NCBI GenBank assembly: GCA_965238005.1
Contig: OZ250165.1
Location: 2,912,001-2,976,000 of the forward strand
DNA length: 64,000 bases
Source of the DNA: Longimicrobiales bacterium
Lineage (GTDB): Bacteria; Gemmatimonadota; Gemmatimonadetes; Longimicrobiales; Gaopeijiaceae
Reading direction: 5' to 3'
Part shown: piece after piece, positions 8,113 through 17,316 of the stretch
Layout: each line of letters begins with the position of its first letter
Numbering within the stretch: position 1 is the first letter of the stretch
Notes under the pieces: model-generated
The model's input: the letters and a program-made list of their open reading frames with translations, nothing else
Database searches by the model: none
Told to the model about the DNA's origin: nothing
Program-made: the position numbers and the translations under genes

Positions 8113-10635
8113 TTGAGGTCCGCCCGCAAGATCGGGCTGAGCGCGGCTCTCCTCGCAGTCGGCCTGTACGTCGGTGCAAAGCCCGTGGGGCCCATCCCCG
8201 CTCTCGGTCCCTTCCTCGACCCCGTAGGGGGCGTCTGGGCCAGCGCCCGGGGCACCACTCTGCCCGCTGCGGTCACGCATACCGTGCCGGGCCTCTCCGG
8301 AGAGGTCCGGATCGTCTACGACGACAGGCGGGTTCCCCACATCTTCGCCGAGACCGTGGAGGACGTGGTCCGCGGCCTTGGATACGCGGTGGCCCGCGAT
8401 CGCCTCTTTCAGCTGGAGCTCCAGACGCGAGCCACCGCCGGCACGTTGACGGAGCTCGTGGGTGAGACCGCGCTGCCGACGGATCGGCAATCCAGGCGGC
8501 TGGCTCTCGCCTGGTCGGCGGAGAGGGACTACTCGAGAATGGAGCCCGGGTCGGACCTGACCACCTATCTCGAGGCCTACTCCGACGGCGTCAATGCGTG
8601 GATGCGTGAGATGTCCCCGTCGGAGGTCCCACTGGAGTATCACATGCTCGGCCGTACGCCCATGTCCTGGCAACCGCAGTATTCCCTGTACGTGCTCAAA
8701 CGCATGGGCTGGACTCTGGCGATGATCAATACCGAGCGCCGAAAGAACGCCGCGGCGGCGCTGGTGGGTCGGGAGGCGGCCGACGGGCTCTTCCCGGTGA
8801 ACGCGCCGATCCAGGAGCCGATCCAGCCGCACGGATTGCGGCAAGCCCGTTTCGACCCGGTGACACTGCCACCGCCGGGCGAGCCGGCTCCCGGCATGAT
8901 CGTTCAGCTGGAGGCCCTCCAGGCGTTCCTGGGTCCCATGGACGACGCCGGAGCCGGCTCGGGTGAGACGGTTCTGGGCTCCAACAACTGGGCCATCGGT
9001 CCCTCCCGGTCGGCCGAGGGACACGCCATTCTCGCCGGCGATCCCCACCTCGATCTCACCTTGCCCAGCATCTGGTACGAGGCTCATCTCGTGGTTCAGG
9101 GAGAGCTGGACGTCTACGGCGTGACCATCCCCGGCACCCCCACCATCACCATCGGCTTCAACCGCGACGTGGCCTGGAGCTTCACAAATACCGGGTCCGA
9201 CGTGATGGATCTCTACCGCGAGACGGTCGACGACGCCGATCGTCCCGGGAGTTATCGGCTGGACGGCGGGTGGCGCCCGTTCGAGCGGCGCATCGAGACC
9301 TATCGGGCGAAGGACGGGTCCGTGCTCGCGGTCGACACGATCCTGCACACGCACCGGGGTCCCGTGAGCCGCGCCTCCGGTGAGTACGTCTCCCTGCGCT
9401 GGACTGTGCTGGAGGACCAGGGCGAGCTTATGTCGCTCCTCGGCGTCAACCGCGCCGGCTCAGTGGAGGAGTGGCTGTCGGCCATGGAGGCCTGGGTTGC
9501 ACCGACCCAGAACGGCCTGGTGGCCGACCGACAGGGGAACATCGCCATCCGGTCCTCGGGTCGATACCCTATGCGACCGGCCGGTGCCCGCGGAGACTGG
9601 GTGTTTGACGGCTCGACTTCGAGCAACGATTGGCAAGGCTGGTATGCGTTGTCGAGCTACCCGGGCTCCGTGAACCCGGCCCAGGGCTACCTCGCCTCGA
9701 ACAACCAGCAGCCGGTTGACCCGAGCTACGACGACAGGTACCTGGGAGCCGACTGGCCGTCGCCATGGCGAGCCATGCGGATCAACCAACTGCTCCGTGC
9801 CGACTCCGTCTTCACAGCGGCGGATCTGGCCCGATTCCAGACCGACCCCGGGAGCCCCCGAGCGGATGTGTTCGTGGAGGCGTTCCTCCAGGCGGCGGGA
9901 CGGAGCTCAGAGACGCCGGCATCCACCGATGGAAGCGGCGGGAGCTCTGACGAGGGCGGCTCCCCGGCCGCGGAAGCCGCGCGGCTCCTGGCCGAGTGGG
10001 ATCGGCGCTACACCAAGGACAACACCCGTGCCGCCTTGTTCGAGCTGGCCATGAACGAGCTGGCGCGCCGAACCTGGGACGAGCTCACGGAGACTAGCGG
10101 CCGACGGGTCGCGACTCCGAGAACCGCCATCCTCGCCACCCTCCTTGCGGACCCGGCAAGCGCTTGGTGGGACGATCGCTCCACCCCGAACGTCGTCGAG
10201 TCACGAGACGACATGCTCTCAGCCTCGCTGGCGGCCGCCCTCACCGCAGCCCGGGATGTATACGGTCCCGAGTCGGAGGACGGCTGGCTGTGGAGCCGGG
10301 TGGGCAGGGCCAACGTCGTCCACTTCCTCGGGATTTCGGCTTTCTCGGCCCTGGATCTCCCGATTCGCGGAGGGCCCGAGACATTGAATCCCAACTCGGG
10401 CAACGGTAGGGACGGTGCCAGCTGGCGCATGGTCGTGGAGCTCGGCGACGAGGTCGAGGCGCGAGGTACCTACCCGGGGGGACAGTCCGGACATCCCCTG
10501 AGCCCCGACTACAGGGACCGGCTCGACGACTGGGTCGAAGGGGAGCTCCAGCCGCTCCGGTTCCCCGAGAGCGCCGAGGAGCTCGCGGAGCTCTCACGAT
10601 CCCAGGCGACCCTTCGACCGGGGACCGGACGATGA
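8113..10635 (+). CDS. Penicillin acylase family (Ntn hydrolase, peptidase S45)
   Basis: VPHIFA, ARDRLFQLE, GSNNW (nucleophile Ser), AGDPHL, SIWYE, GGQSGHPLSPDY. TTG start at 8113 chosen to avoid overlap with yjbQ. Confidence 0.9.
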   Translation: MRSARKIGLSAALLAVGLYVGAKPVGPIPALGPFLDPVGGVWASARGTTLPAAVTHTVPGLSGEVRIVYDDRRVPHIFAETVEDVVRGLGYAVARDRLFQLELQTRATAGTLTELVGETALPTDRQSRRLALAWSAERDYSRMEPGSDLTTYLEAYSDGVNAWMREMSPSEVPLEYHMLGRTPMSWQPQYSLYVLKRMGWTLAMINTERRKNAAAALVGREAADGLFPVNAPIQEPIQPHGLRQARFDPVTLPPPGEPAPGMIVQLEALQAFLGPMDDAGAGSGETVLGSNNWAIGPSRSAEGHAILAGDPHLDLTLPSIWYEAHLVVQGELDVYGVTIPGTPTITIGFNRDVAWSFTNTGSDVMDLYRETVDDADRPGSYRLDGGWRPFERRIETYRAKDGSVLAVDTILHTHRGPVSRASGEYVSLRWTVLEDQGELMSLLGVNRAGSVEEWLSAMEAWVAPTQNGLVADRQGNIAIRSSGRYPMRPAGARGDWVFDGSTSSNDWQGWYALSSYPGSVNPAQGYLASNNQQPVDPSYDDRYLGADWPSPWRAMRINQLLRADSVFTAADLARFQTDPGSPRADVFVEAFLQAAGRSSETPASTDGSGGSSDEGGSPAAEAARLLAEWDRRYTKDNTRAALFELAMNELARRTWDELTETSGRRVATPRTAILATLLADPASAWWDDRSTPNVVESRDDMLSASLAAALTAARDVYGPESEDGWLWSRVGRANVVHFLGISAFSALDLPIRGGPETLNPNSGNGRDGASWRMVVELGDEVEARGTYPGGQSGHPLSPDYRDRLDDWVEGELQPLRFPESAEELAELSRSQATLRPGTGR

Positions 10636-10955
10636 CCATCTTGCTCCTGACAAGCGCGATGGCGCTTGGCACGGCCCTTCTCGGGTGGTGGGCGATCCCC
10701 CTGTTGGGGCTGATCTACGGGGCTTGGCGGGGAGCAGAGAGGGGCACGGCCGTGGCAGCGGCCAGCGCGCTCTTGGGATGGAGCGTCCTCATGGCATGGA
10801 ATTGGATGGAGGGCCCTGTGGCGGAGCTTTCGGGATCCCTCGGTGCCGTCATGGGATTACCGGGCTGGTCGCTACTCCTGGCGACTGCGCTGTTCCCGGC
10901 CGTCCTGGCCGGGACCGCAGCTGTGGTGGGCGCCGCCATCCGGCGACGCGGCTAA
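10632..10955 (+). CDS. Small membrane protein, hypothetical
   Basis: ATGA overlap with the acylase stop; 107 aa with 3-4 hydrophobic segments. Confidence 0.7.
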   Translation: MTILLLTSAMALGTALLGWWAIPLLGLIYGAWRGAERGTAVAAASALLGWSVLMAWNWMEGPVAELSGSLGAVMGLPGWSLLLATALFPAVLAGTAAVVGAAIRRRG

Positions 10956-11055
10956 CCTCGGGTTGGTCGCCGGAATGATCGACAACCACGACTTTCACGA
11001 AGCCGCTGCCGACATCCAGCCCTACCGACTCTTTGCTGCGTCCGAAGAAGCCCAT
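10942..11055 (-). pseudogene. pilM: Truncated type IV pilus assembly protein PilM (first ~38 codons only)
   Basis: MGFFGRSKESVGLDVGSGFVKVVVVDHSGDQPEVSRVA fits the PilM N-terminal actin-like VGLDIGS..VK motif; RBS-like GAGG upstream; the frame then runs into antisense of the neighbouring gene. Confidence 0.8.
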
Positions 11056-11265
11056 TCAGCCCTCATCTCGTGGGGCGCGGGAACATATATTTACCTGAAA
11101 CCTAAATCAGGTTACCACTAGAATCCAAGCATTGTCAGGAGATTTTTTGTGCAGTGCATTTCAAAAGATTGGTAAACATTTGATGTAGACACCCGTCTAC
11201 CGGCGGGCATGAACGGGCATGAGAAGCCACCTCATCCTCCGCCCTCGACTCCGCACGGTGACACC

Positions 11266-12422
11266 CTAGCTTCCGGAGGTCGCCGAAAGATCGACCCAGC
11301 TCCGGGAGGCCAGAGGCCGAACCCGGGTGAGGCTCGAGTTGTTGATGATGGCCCGGCTCACGGCGCACGTGGAGTTCGTGACGACGGATCCGCCCACTAG
11401 GGCCTGGGCGTCGAAGCTGGCGTTGCTGGCCATGACCCCACCGTAGACCCGGTTCCCTGAGCCCTGGGTCCCTATACTCCCTTGGACGATGATGATGCCG
11501 TAGAAGACGAAGTTACCCCGCAGCTCGAGGTCTCCTTCCACGAGCAAGATTCCCTGGCCCACGCCTCCGGACTGGATCCGACCGTTACCGTTGACGTGGA
11601 TGATTGGGTACCAGTCGAAGCAGGCCGCTCCGGGGTTCAGGGGATTGCCCCAGTTGCTGGGGAACGCCTGGCCCGTATTGCAAGCACCGGCGGTCGTGCT
11701 GTCGGGAGCCGTGTTGTTGATGTTTCCGCCAGCGAGGCTGATGTCCGCCATGGCGGTGAGGTCATCCCACGTCAGGTCGCCAAATTTGCTGAAGGTCGAG
11801 TCGGAGATGGAGGTGTCCTCCTCCACGGCCGGATCTCCCGTGATGACCGCTCCACCCTGGGTACCGACCTGGCTGGCGTTGTCCGTGAGGACGCCCGGCT
11901 TGTTTTCCAGTGCGCCCGGGCAGACGCCTCCCCAACCCCCGGGAACCTCGTCCTCGCCGTGCACCTCGGCCGTGCCTCGGAGCGTCGTCGGTCCCCGTGT
12001 GGTCAGCGCCGCGGGGGGCTCGATGTCGGCCGCGGCTAGGCGCACGGTGACGCCCACTCGCCGCGACGCCCCCGAGAGCATGGCGCCGCCCCTGGTGACC
12101 GGCCGTCGGCGTCCACGAAGTACAGGTTGTCGGTCATCTTGGTGACACGGGCGGTGACACGCCCCACACCCAGGTAGTCTCGCGTAACGGTGGTGTCACC
12201 CCAGTCCGGCAGCGCTCCGAAGAGAGCGGAGTCCCAGTTGGCCATGAGGTCCACCAGGCCCTGCTCGGTCAGATAGAAGGCCAGGCCGGTGTGCTCGCTC
12301 GCCGCTCCGATGCGCCCCTCTTGGCGCGCCATGAAGAACCCGCCGGTCATGATGAGGCCCACGACCACAAGGGCGAAGACCGCCACGGGAAGGGCGAAGC
12401 CGCGCTGTTCTTTCTCTTCCAT
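11266..12422 (-). pseudogene. PilX-like minor pilin, set 1, frameshifted near 12100
   Basis: N-part MEEKEQRG|FALPVAVFALVV (no Glu5, as in PilX). Adding one base at GACGGC^CGGTCACC joins it to the 11266..12081 frame (VTRGGAMLSGASRRVG...GQGILLVEGDL). Confidence 0.75.
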
Positions 12423-12459
12423 CTCAGCCTACCTCGATTGGCCCGATCCTGGCCGTTCG

Positions 12460-13260
12460 CTAATTCCGTAGATAGATCGCAGTTGTGAGGGAGTCCGCTA
12501 CGGGAACTCCCCGCTTGTCCACGACCCTCGATCTCGACCGAAGCGTCACCTCGATCTGTGAGACTGCCGTGGGGTTCGTTGTGACGTTCCCGAGGGAGTC
12601 CAAGTAGATGAACGAGACTCCATTCGGGGAGAGTGGCCCCACCAGTTGCGCCGTCGTCGTGCCGGACCGGCGGGCCAGATAGTAGTCCTCGCCCAGCGTG
12701 TATAATCCATACGTGTAGACCGTGAACCCTCGGACCGGGGCACCTACCCGCACCGTGTCGTTCGCCAGCGCCGAGACCAACGCGGGAACTGCGAGCGACT
12801 GTGCAGTATCTGCTCCTGAGCACGTCTGGGTCGTGTCGACGCTGCTCACAACACCGGAGAGGATCGTGTCGTCGCTCGAGACGTCCGGATCGTTGTCGGC
12901 CAACACCACGATGGAGTCTCCGCTCTCGAAAAAGCCACCGATCCTCTTCACCCGGATGGGGCTTCCGGCCGCGTTCACGCCGCACACCAGGCCGAAGGCC
13001 CGCATGGCCCGGACCTCGATCCGATCCGAGCCCATGGTCAGGATATCGCCTTCGGAGCGGCTAATCTCCCTGAGCTCCGAGAACAGGATGGCGATCCCCG
13101 CACGCACGGTCTGCTGGCCCTGAATCTGCGCCGTCTGGACCGTGTAGGCTCTCTGACTCGAGAGCATGATCTCGTACGTGGAGCCGACCACGACGGCGCC
13201 GAGCACGGCGACGATGATGAGCTCCACGAGTGTGAATCCGCGCCTGTCACCCTTCTTCAT
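12460..13260 (-). CDS. PilW-like minor pilin, set 1
   Basis: Prepilin motif RRG|FTLVEL; 266 aa; ends TTAIYLRN. Confidence 0.85.
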   Translation of the reverse strand: MKKGDRRGFTLVELIIVAVLGAVVVGSTYEIMLSSQRAYTVQTAQIQGQQTVRAGIAILFSELREISRSEGDILTMGSDRIEVRAMRAFGLVCGVNAAGSPIRVKRIGGFFESGDSIVVLADNDPDVSSDDTILSGVVSSVDTTQTCSGADTAQSLAVPALVSALANDTVRVGAPVRGFTVYTYGLYTLGEDYYLARRSGTTTAQLVGPLSPNGVSFIYLDSLGNVTTNPTAVSQIEVTLRSRSRVVDKRGVPVADSLTTAIYLRN

Positions 13261-13664
13261 GGTCTGAGCACCCTAAAGAGCAACGTGTCCGCGACGGCAT
13301 TGGATAGCATGGGGATCGACTGACCCTCGGATATGGAGGCCAGACCCGGACCCACCGTAACGATGCGGACGGCCTTGGTCTGCGCCGTAGTGGCGGTCAC
13401 CGACCAGGAAACCACCATGGGGCCGATGTTGTCTCCTCCGGCGCCGATCGAGTCGTACGGGGTCGAGCGGATACGCTCCATCACACTCTGGATGGCAACG
13501 GCCCGAGCCGTCGTGACCTCGGACAGAGTCAGCTGGCGGGTAACGAAGAGAGTCGTGGTGGCCAACCCCAGCACGCCGAAGGCGAGGACGAAGATGGCCA
13601 TGACCAGTTCGACGAGCGAAAAGCCCGCCTTGGCGCGGGTCTCCACTGCATCTGGTGCGCACAT
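13257..13664 (-). CDS. PilV-like minor pilin, set 1
   Basis: KAG|FSLVELVMAIFVLAFGVLGLA; overlaps both neighbours at start/stop. Confidence 0.85.
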   Translation of the reverse strand: MCAPDAVETRAKAGFSLVELVMAIFVLAFGVLGLATTTLFVTRQLTLSEVTTARAVAIQSVMERIRSTPYDSIGAGGDNIGPMVVSWSVTATTAQTKAVRIVTVGPGLASISEGQSIPMLSNAVADTLLFRVLRP

Positions 13665-14119
13665 CAGTTGGCCACCATCTGCCCAAGCGTGAGAACGCGT
13701 ACCGATGCGGTGTCCGACGTGAGCAGGAAGGTCACGGTCACGGGAGAAGAGAAGTTGTTGCATCCCGTGTCGGCGAAGCCGCGAGGATTCATGCACAGTT
13801 GCAGGTTCGAGTCGGTCGACGTCCGGATGTCCACGTTGAACTCCTCATCGAAGTGCAGGACCTCGAGGACCTCGCCACCCGTGCTCAGCCACACGCTGTC
13901 ACCGCCCGCATCGACGTTCAGCCGTACTGTCCGTCCATACTCCACGGCCTGTGCCCGGGCGCGAGCGTGCATGGACATGAAGGTCTGCCGTGCCCCCTTT
14001 ACCGCGAAGCGCCCGGAGACCCCGCTGAAGCTCGTGATGACGATGCTGGTGAGAATCGAGCCTATCATGAGTACGATCACGAGCTCGATTACTGAAAAGC
14101 CTGACCTTCCATGGTTCAT
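13664..14119 (-). CDS. FimT/GspH-like minor pilin, set 1
   Basis: MNHGRSG|FSVIELVIV, ARARAQAV, MNPRGFA, TLGQMV. Confidence 0.85.
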   Translation of the reverse strand: MNHGRSGFSVIELVIVLMIGSILTSIVITSFSGVSGRFAVKGARQTFMSMHARARAQAVEYGRTVRLNVDAGGDSVWLSTGGEVLEVLHFDEEFNVDIRTSTDSNLQLCMNPRGFADTGCNNFSSPVTVTFLLTSDTASVRVLTLGQMVAN

Positions 14120-14164
14120 ATCTATTCGTTGACTAAGGCGATTGGCGGCCTCGGTGGACTGTCC

Positions 14165-14179
14165 GCGAGATCCGTGCCG
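14165..14179 (-). promoter_or_regulatory. Putative sigma54 -24/-12 promoter for minor-pilin set 1
   Basis: Minus strand CGGCACGGATCTCGC (GG-N10-GC), about 45 nt upstream of the fimT-like ATG. Confidence 0.55.
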
Positions 14180-14256
14180 CGTAGAAATGTCAACAACCAC
14201 AGGCCTCTTGCCCTCGGGTAGCCCTATTCTCGGGCAAACTCTTACCGGACACCGGA

Positions 14257-14290
14257 AAAAAGTATCCCGTCGAAACGCCCGACCGGGGGG
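14257..14290 (-). terminator. Possible intrinsic terminator after minor-pilin set 2
   Basis: Minus strand CCCGGTCG-ggcgttt-CGACGGG (imperfect stem) followed by ATACTTTTTT. Confidence 0.4.
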
Positions 14291-14461
14291 GCAAAACGAG
14301 AGGGTGTTGCCACCTGCCGCGGCCACCTCGGGTGGGATCCGTACGCACGGCTCGGCGCCGGCGGGAACCGGCCAGACCTTGGGCAGTTGCTGAACGACGG
14401 ATACGTCCGCAGCGACCTCAGGACCACTACGAAGATCTTCGGCGCGAAGAAGCCCGGCGGT

Positions 14462-14551
14462 TAGTGTTCCGTTGCCGAAGTTCGCGAGCCACCAAGAGGG
14501 TCGGCGCGCCGTGCCCTCGACTGGCCGAGACACTTTGGCAACGGGACACTA
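14462..14551. mobile_element. MITE-like repeat, copy 2 (90 bp)
   Basis: Terminal inverted repeats TAGTGTTCCGTTGCCGAAGT / ACTTTGGCAACGGGACACTA match at 18 of 20 positions. Confidence 0.85.
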
Positions 14552-15659
14552 CCCTGGGTCCTCGAGCCAAGCCCCTTCCGGGAGAGGGATCAGGCTATGC
14601 AGTGACTCCGCGGCCTCCAGAGCAGCAAGGGCCGCGCAGGCCGAGCCCACGATCTCGCAGCCGCCACTCAGCGTCACCGACCCTCTCACACGAAGCAGTC
14701 CGCTGATCTCGGCGCCGCTCTGGACCAACAGATCCCCGGCCACGATGACCACCCCGAAGTAGCGGGCACCGGCAGACAGGGTCGCATCTCCGGCGACCAG
14801 AAGCACACCCTGACCGCCCCCCCCCTTCGATCACGAGCGAACCCTCCGACGCCACCACAGGCCGATACGACGCGCAGGGGTCGAGCGGGTTCAGTGGCGC
14901 TCCCCAGTTCGCAGTTGAGGCGCGATCGCAGTCACCCGGAAAGCTTCGGGGTGAAGGAGACACAAGCCCGCCCACCCGCAGGTCGGCCCCGGCCATGAGA
15001 GCCTCATGGTCGAGGAGCCCGAGGGAGGGCAACTGTGCCTGTCCGCTCCGCTCGCTCGGCCCCGGATCGGGCTGGGGGAGATCCTCCACGAGCTCGGCCC
15101 ATGGCGCTACGCCTCCGGCGAAGAGCGTGTCGAGGCCCGGGCGGTATCCGGCACATCGATCCTCGGACCACGGAGGCGGAGCTCGAAGTACGCGTGCCAC
15201 ATCGATACGGCTTCCGCCGGTGAGGGTAACGGTCCCTCCGCTCTCGACGATCCCGAGGGAGGCCCCGACCCTGGCATTCGGGCTCATCCCCCAGTAGAGG
15301 CGCGTGGCCCTGTGAGCCCCGGGAAGCCGCTCCAACACCCCTTCGGAACGCAGCAGCACGAGCTCCGGCGAGAGCCGCAGAGCTCTCGTCACGAATCGGG
15401 CCCGGGGCGGGATGCGCCCCTCCCCCGTCGGAGCCCACTCGCCGGCGGGAAGAGACCGGACGGCAGAGATCCCTCGCGAAGCGATGTCCACGCCTCCCTC
15501 CGCAGCCAGGCGCCGGGCCAACGCGGCCCAGCGAGCACGGGAGACCGAGAGCTCGGATCGAGAGAGGACAAGCAGGCCGTGACCCGTAGCCGTCACGGCC
15601 ATGAGGAGGAGGAGCACCACAATCAGCACGTAGCCCCTCTTGTGGCCCGCGTCGCTCAC
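14549..15659 (-). pseudogene. PilX-like minor pilin, set 2, frameshifted in a G9 tract (14817..14825)
   Basis: VSDAGHKRG|YVLIVVLLLL; NWGAP motif similar to set-1 PilX. Shortening G9 to G8 gives IEGGGGQGVLLVAGDATL and joins ORF 14549..14806. Confidence 0.75.
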
Positions 15660-16393
15660 TCTCCCTCGCCGGGTGGGGTCACTTCCCTGGACCAGAGCGG
15701 TATCCACGTCAACCATATACCACCACCCCACGGCGCCCGATCGCTGACCAGCCGCAGGAGGACCCGTTCGCGGCTGCCCTCCATGCCGGAAGCGCCCCGG
15801 AAGACTTCGGGAGTTAGAGGCTGCCTGCCTCCCCTCCCTCTCCTGTAGCGGAGGGCTCCTCCTGCGACATGGTAGCTCCCGTGCTCGAAGACGCGCAGCA
15901 GAGGACCCGAGATGGGCGGATCGACCGCCCACACCTCCGCATCCGAGTCCAGACCGTCGGAGCACGCTGGCTCCCTTGTCCTGGCTCGGTCGACCAGGTC
16001 GGCGGGCCGCCACCCTCCTTTGGTGAGCACCAGCACCGAGTCCTTGACCGGGTTCGGCCTTCGCTCACCGCGGTAGGCCACCACGACCGTCCCCGGGCGG
16101 GCGGCGACCGACGCACACGAGAGTCCCCAGCCCCGGAACACCCGCAATGGGAGACTGTCGCCCGCCGGGTCCAGCCAATCTCTTCCGGCTACCCCTCGTC
16201 TGAGGTCTCTCCCAAGCACCGTCGCCGCCACGCGCCGCGCCGACAGCACATCCATTTCGTGCATGAGTCGGACGGCCACGAGCCTCTGGCGGGAGAGGAT
16301 GCGCCAGCCCAGCCCGACCAGGGCCAACCCCAGGAGGAGAGACACCAGGGCCTCGGCCACCACGATCCCCCGGCGGTCAGGGAGCAGAGGCAC
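15656..16393 (-). CDS. PilW-like minor pilin, set 2
   Basis: RRG|IVVAEALVSLLLG, LGRDLR, LRVFRGWGLSC (parallels VRAMRAFGLVC in set 1). Confidence 0.75.
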   Translation of the reverse strand: MPLLPDRRGIVVAEALVSLLLGLALVGLGWRILSRQRLVAVRLMHEMDVLSARRVAATVLGRDLRRGVAGRDWLDPAGDSLPLRVFRGWGLSCASVAARPGTVVVAYRGERRPNPVKDSVLVLTKGGWRPADLVDRARTREPACSDGLDSDAEVWAVDPPISGPLLRVFEHGSYHVAGGALRYRRGRGGRQPLTPEVFRGASGMEGSRERVLLRLVSDRAPWGGGIWLTWIPLWSREVTPPGEGE

Positions 16394-16781
16394 CCCCGAC
16401 CGGGAAGCCCAGCGTCAGGCTCAGATCCCGGTGGCCTTCGAAGGTGACCGTGACCATTCCCGACCCTCCGCGCGACCAGCGTAGCTCCCCCTCGTCCATG
16501 ACACGGCTCCCGGCTCCGCTCCACCCAGCCCGCACCAGAGAGTCCGCCAGCCCTTCCACGGCCTGGGAAACCGACTCGAGCGTGAGGGCGACCTGAAGCG
16601 TTCGCTGGGCCTGCAGAGTCATCCCGACCGCACCCAGCAAGCCCACCTCCAAAACGACGAGAGCGATCAACACCTCGACCAGGCTGAAGCCAGGGCCACG
16701 GACCTCACGCATGGATTTCGCGGGCTCGACCTCGGCGCTCGGTCCTGGACCTCTGAGCCATCCCCGGGATCGATGTGTCAT
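16377..16781 (-). CDS. PilV-like minor pilin, set 2
   Basis: GPG|FSLVEVLIALVVLEVGLLG. Start is either 16781 (ATGA overlap) or 16712. Confidence 0.8.
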   Translation of the reverse strand: MTHRSRGWLRGPGPSAEVEPAKSMREVRGPGFSLVEVLIALVVLEVGLLGAVGMTLQAQRTLQVALTLESVSQAVEGLADSLVRAGWSGAGSRVMDEGELRWSRGGSGMVTVTFEGHRDLSLTLGFPVGGASAP

Positions 16782-17206
16782 TCCCGTCGGATTCGTCCGT
16801 AGGCCGAGACGACAAGACGGGCTACGGCCGCGCCTCGGCGAAACGTTATCGAGCGAGCGGCCATCTGCCCAAGCCCCACCCCGTCGAAGCGGAACTCCAC
16901 ACTGGGACGCCCACCCGAGATCACCAGCTCCACCCCGTGGCGCCCCCACAGGTCGACGTGCTCCCGGATCACCCGGCCCGCGGTTATCCAGGCCGCGGGC
17001 GGCTGGTGTTCAACGACCACCATCGCTCCTCCGTGGACGAGTGCCTGACCCCGGGCCCGCACGATGAGACCCACGAGCTCCTCGCGAGCCACCACAACGG
17101 AGAGGCGGTCGTCCACGCTCCGAGCGGCCGGCAGCAGAAGGCTCACCCCGACGGCGACGAGACCGAGGGCACAGACGAGCTCGAGGATCGAGAAGCCGCG
17201 GCACAT
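16778..17206 (-). CDS. FimT/GspH-like minor pilin, set 2
   Basis: MCRG|FSILELV, RARGQAL, FRFDGVG, VSAYGRIR. Confidence 0.8.
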   Translation of the reverse strand: MCRGFSILELVCALGLVAVGVSLLLPAARSVDDRLSVVVAREELVGLIVRARGQALVHGGAMVVVEHQPPAAWITAGRVIREHVDLWGRHGVELVISGGRPSVEFRFDGVGLGQMAARSITFRRGAAVARLVVSAYGRIRRE

Positions 17207-17266
17207 GGGTATACCATGGCACCGTGGCTCGGGCGTTGGGATGCTCCGGCGGGCCTGGCGGCCTCG

Positions 17267-17288
17267 GGCCCCTAGCTAGCTAGGGGCC
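17267..17288. repeat. Perfect 22-bp palindrome containing (CTAG)3
   Basis: GGCCCCTAGCTAGCTAGGGGCC is its own reverse complement. Confidence 0.9.
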
Positions 17289-17316
17289 TGTCCGACTAGT
17301 GGGGCGAGCCACGTCA

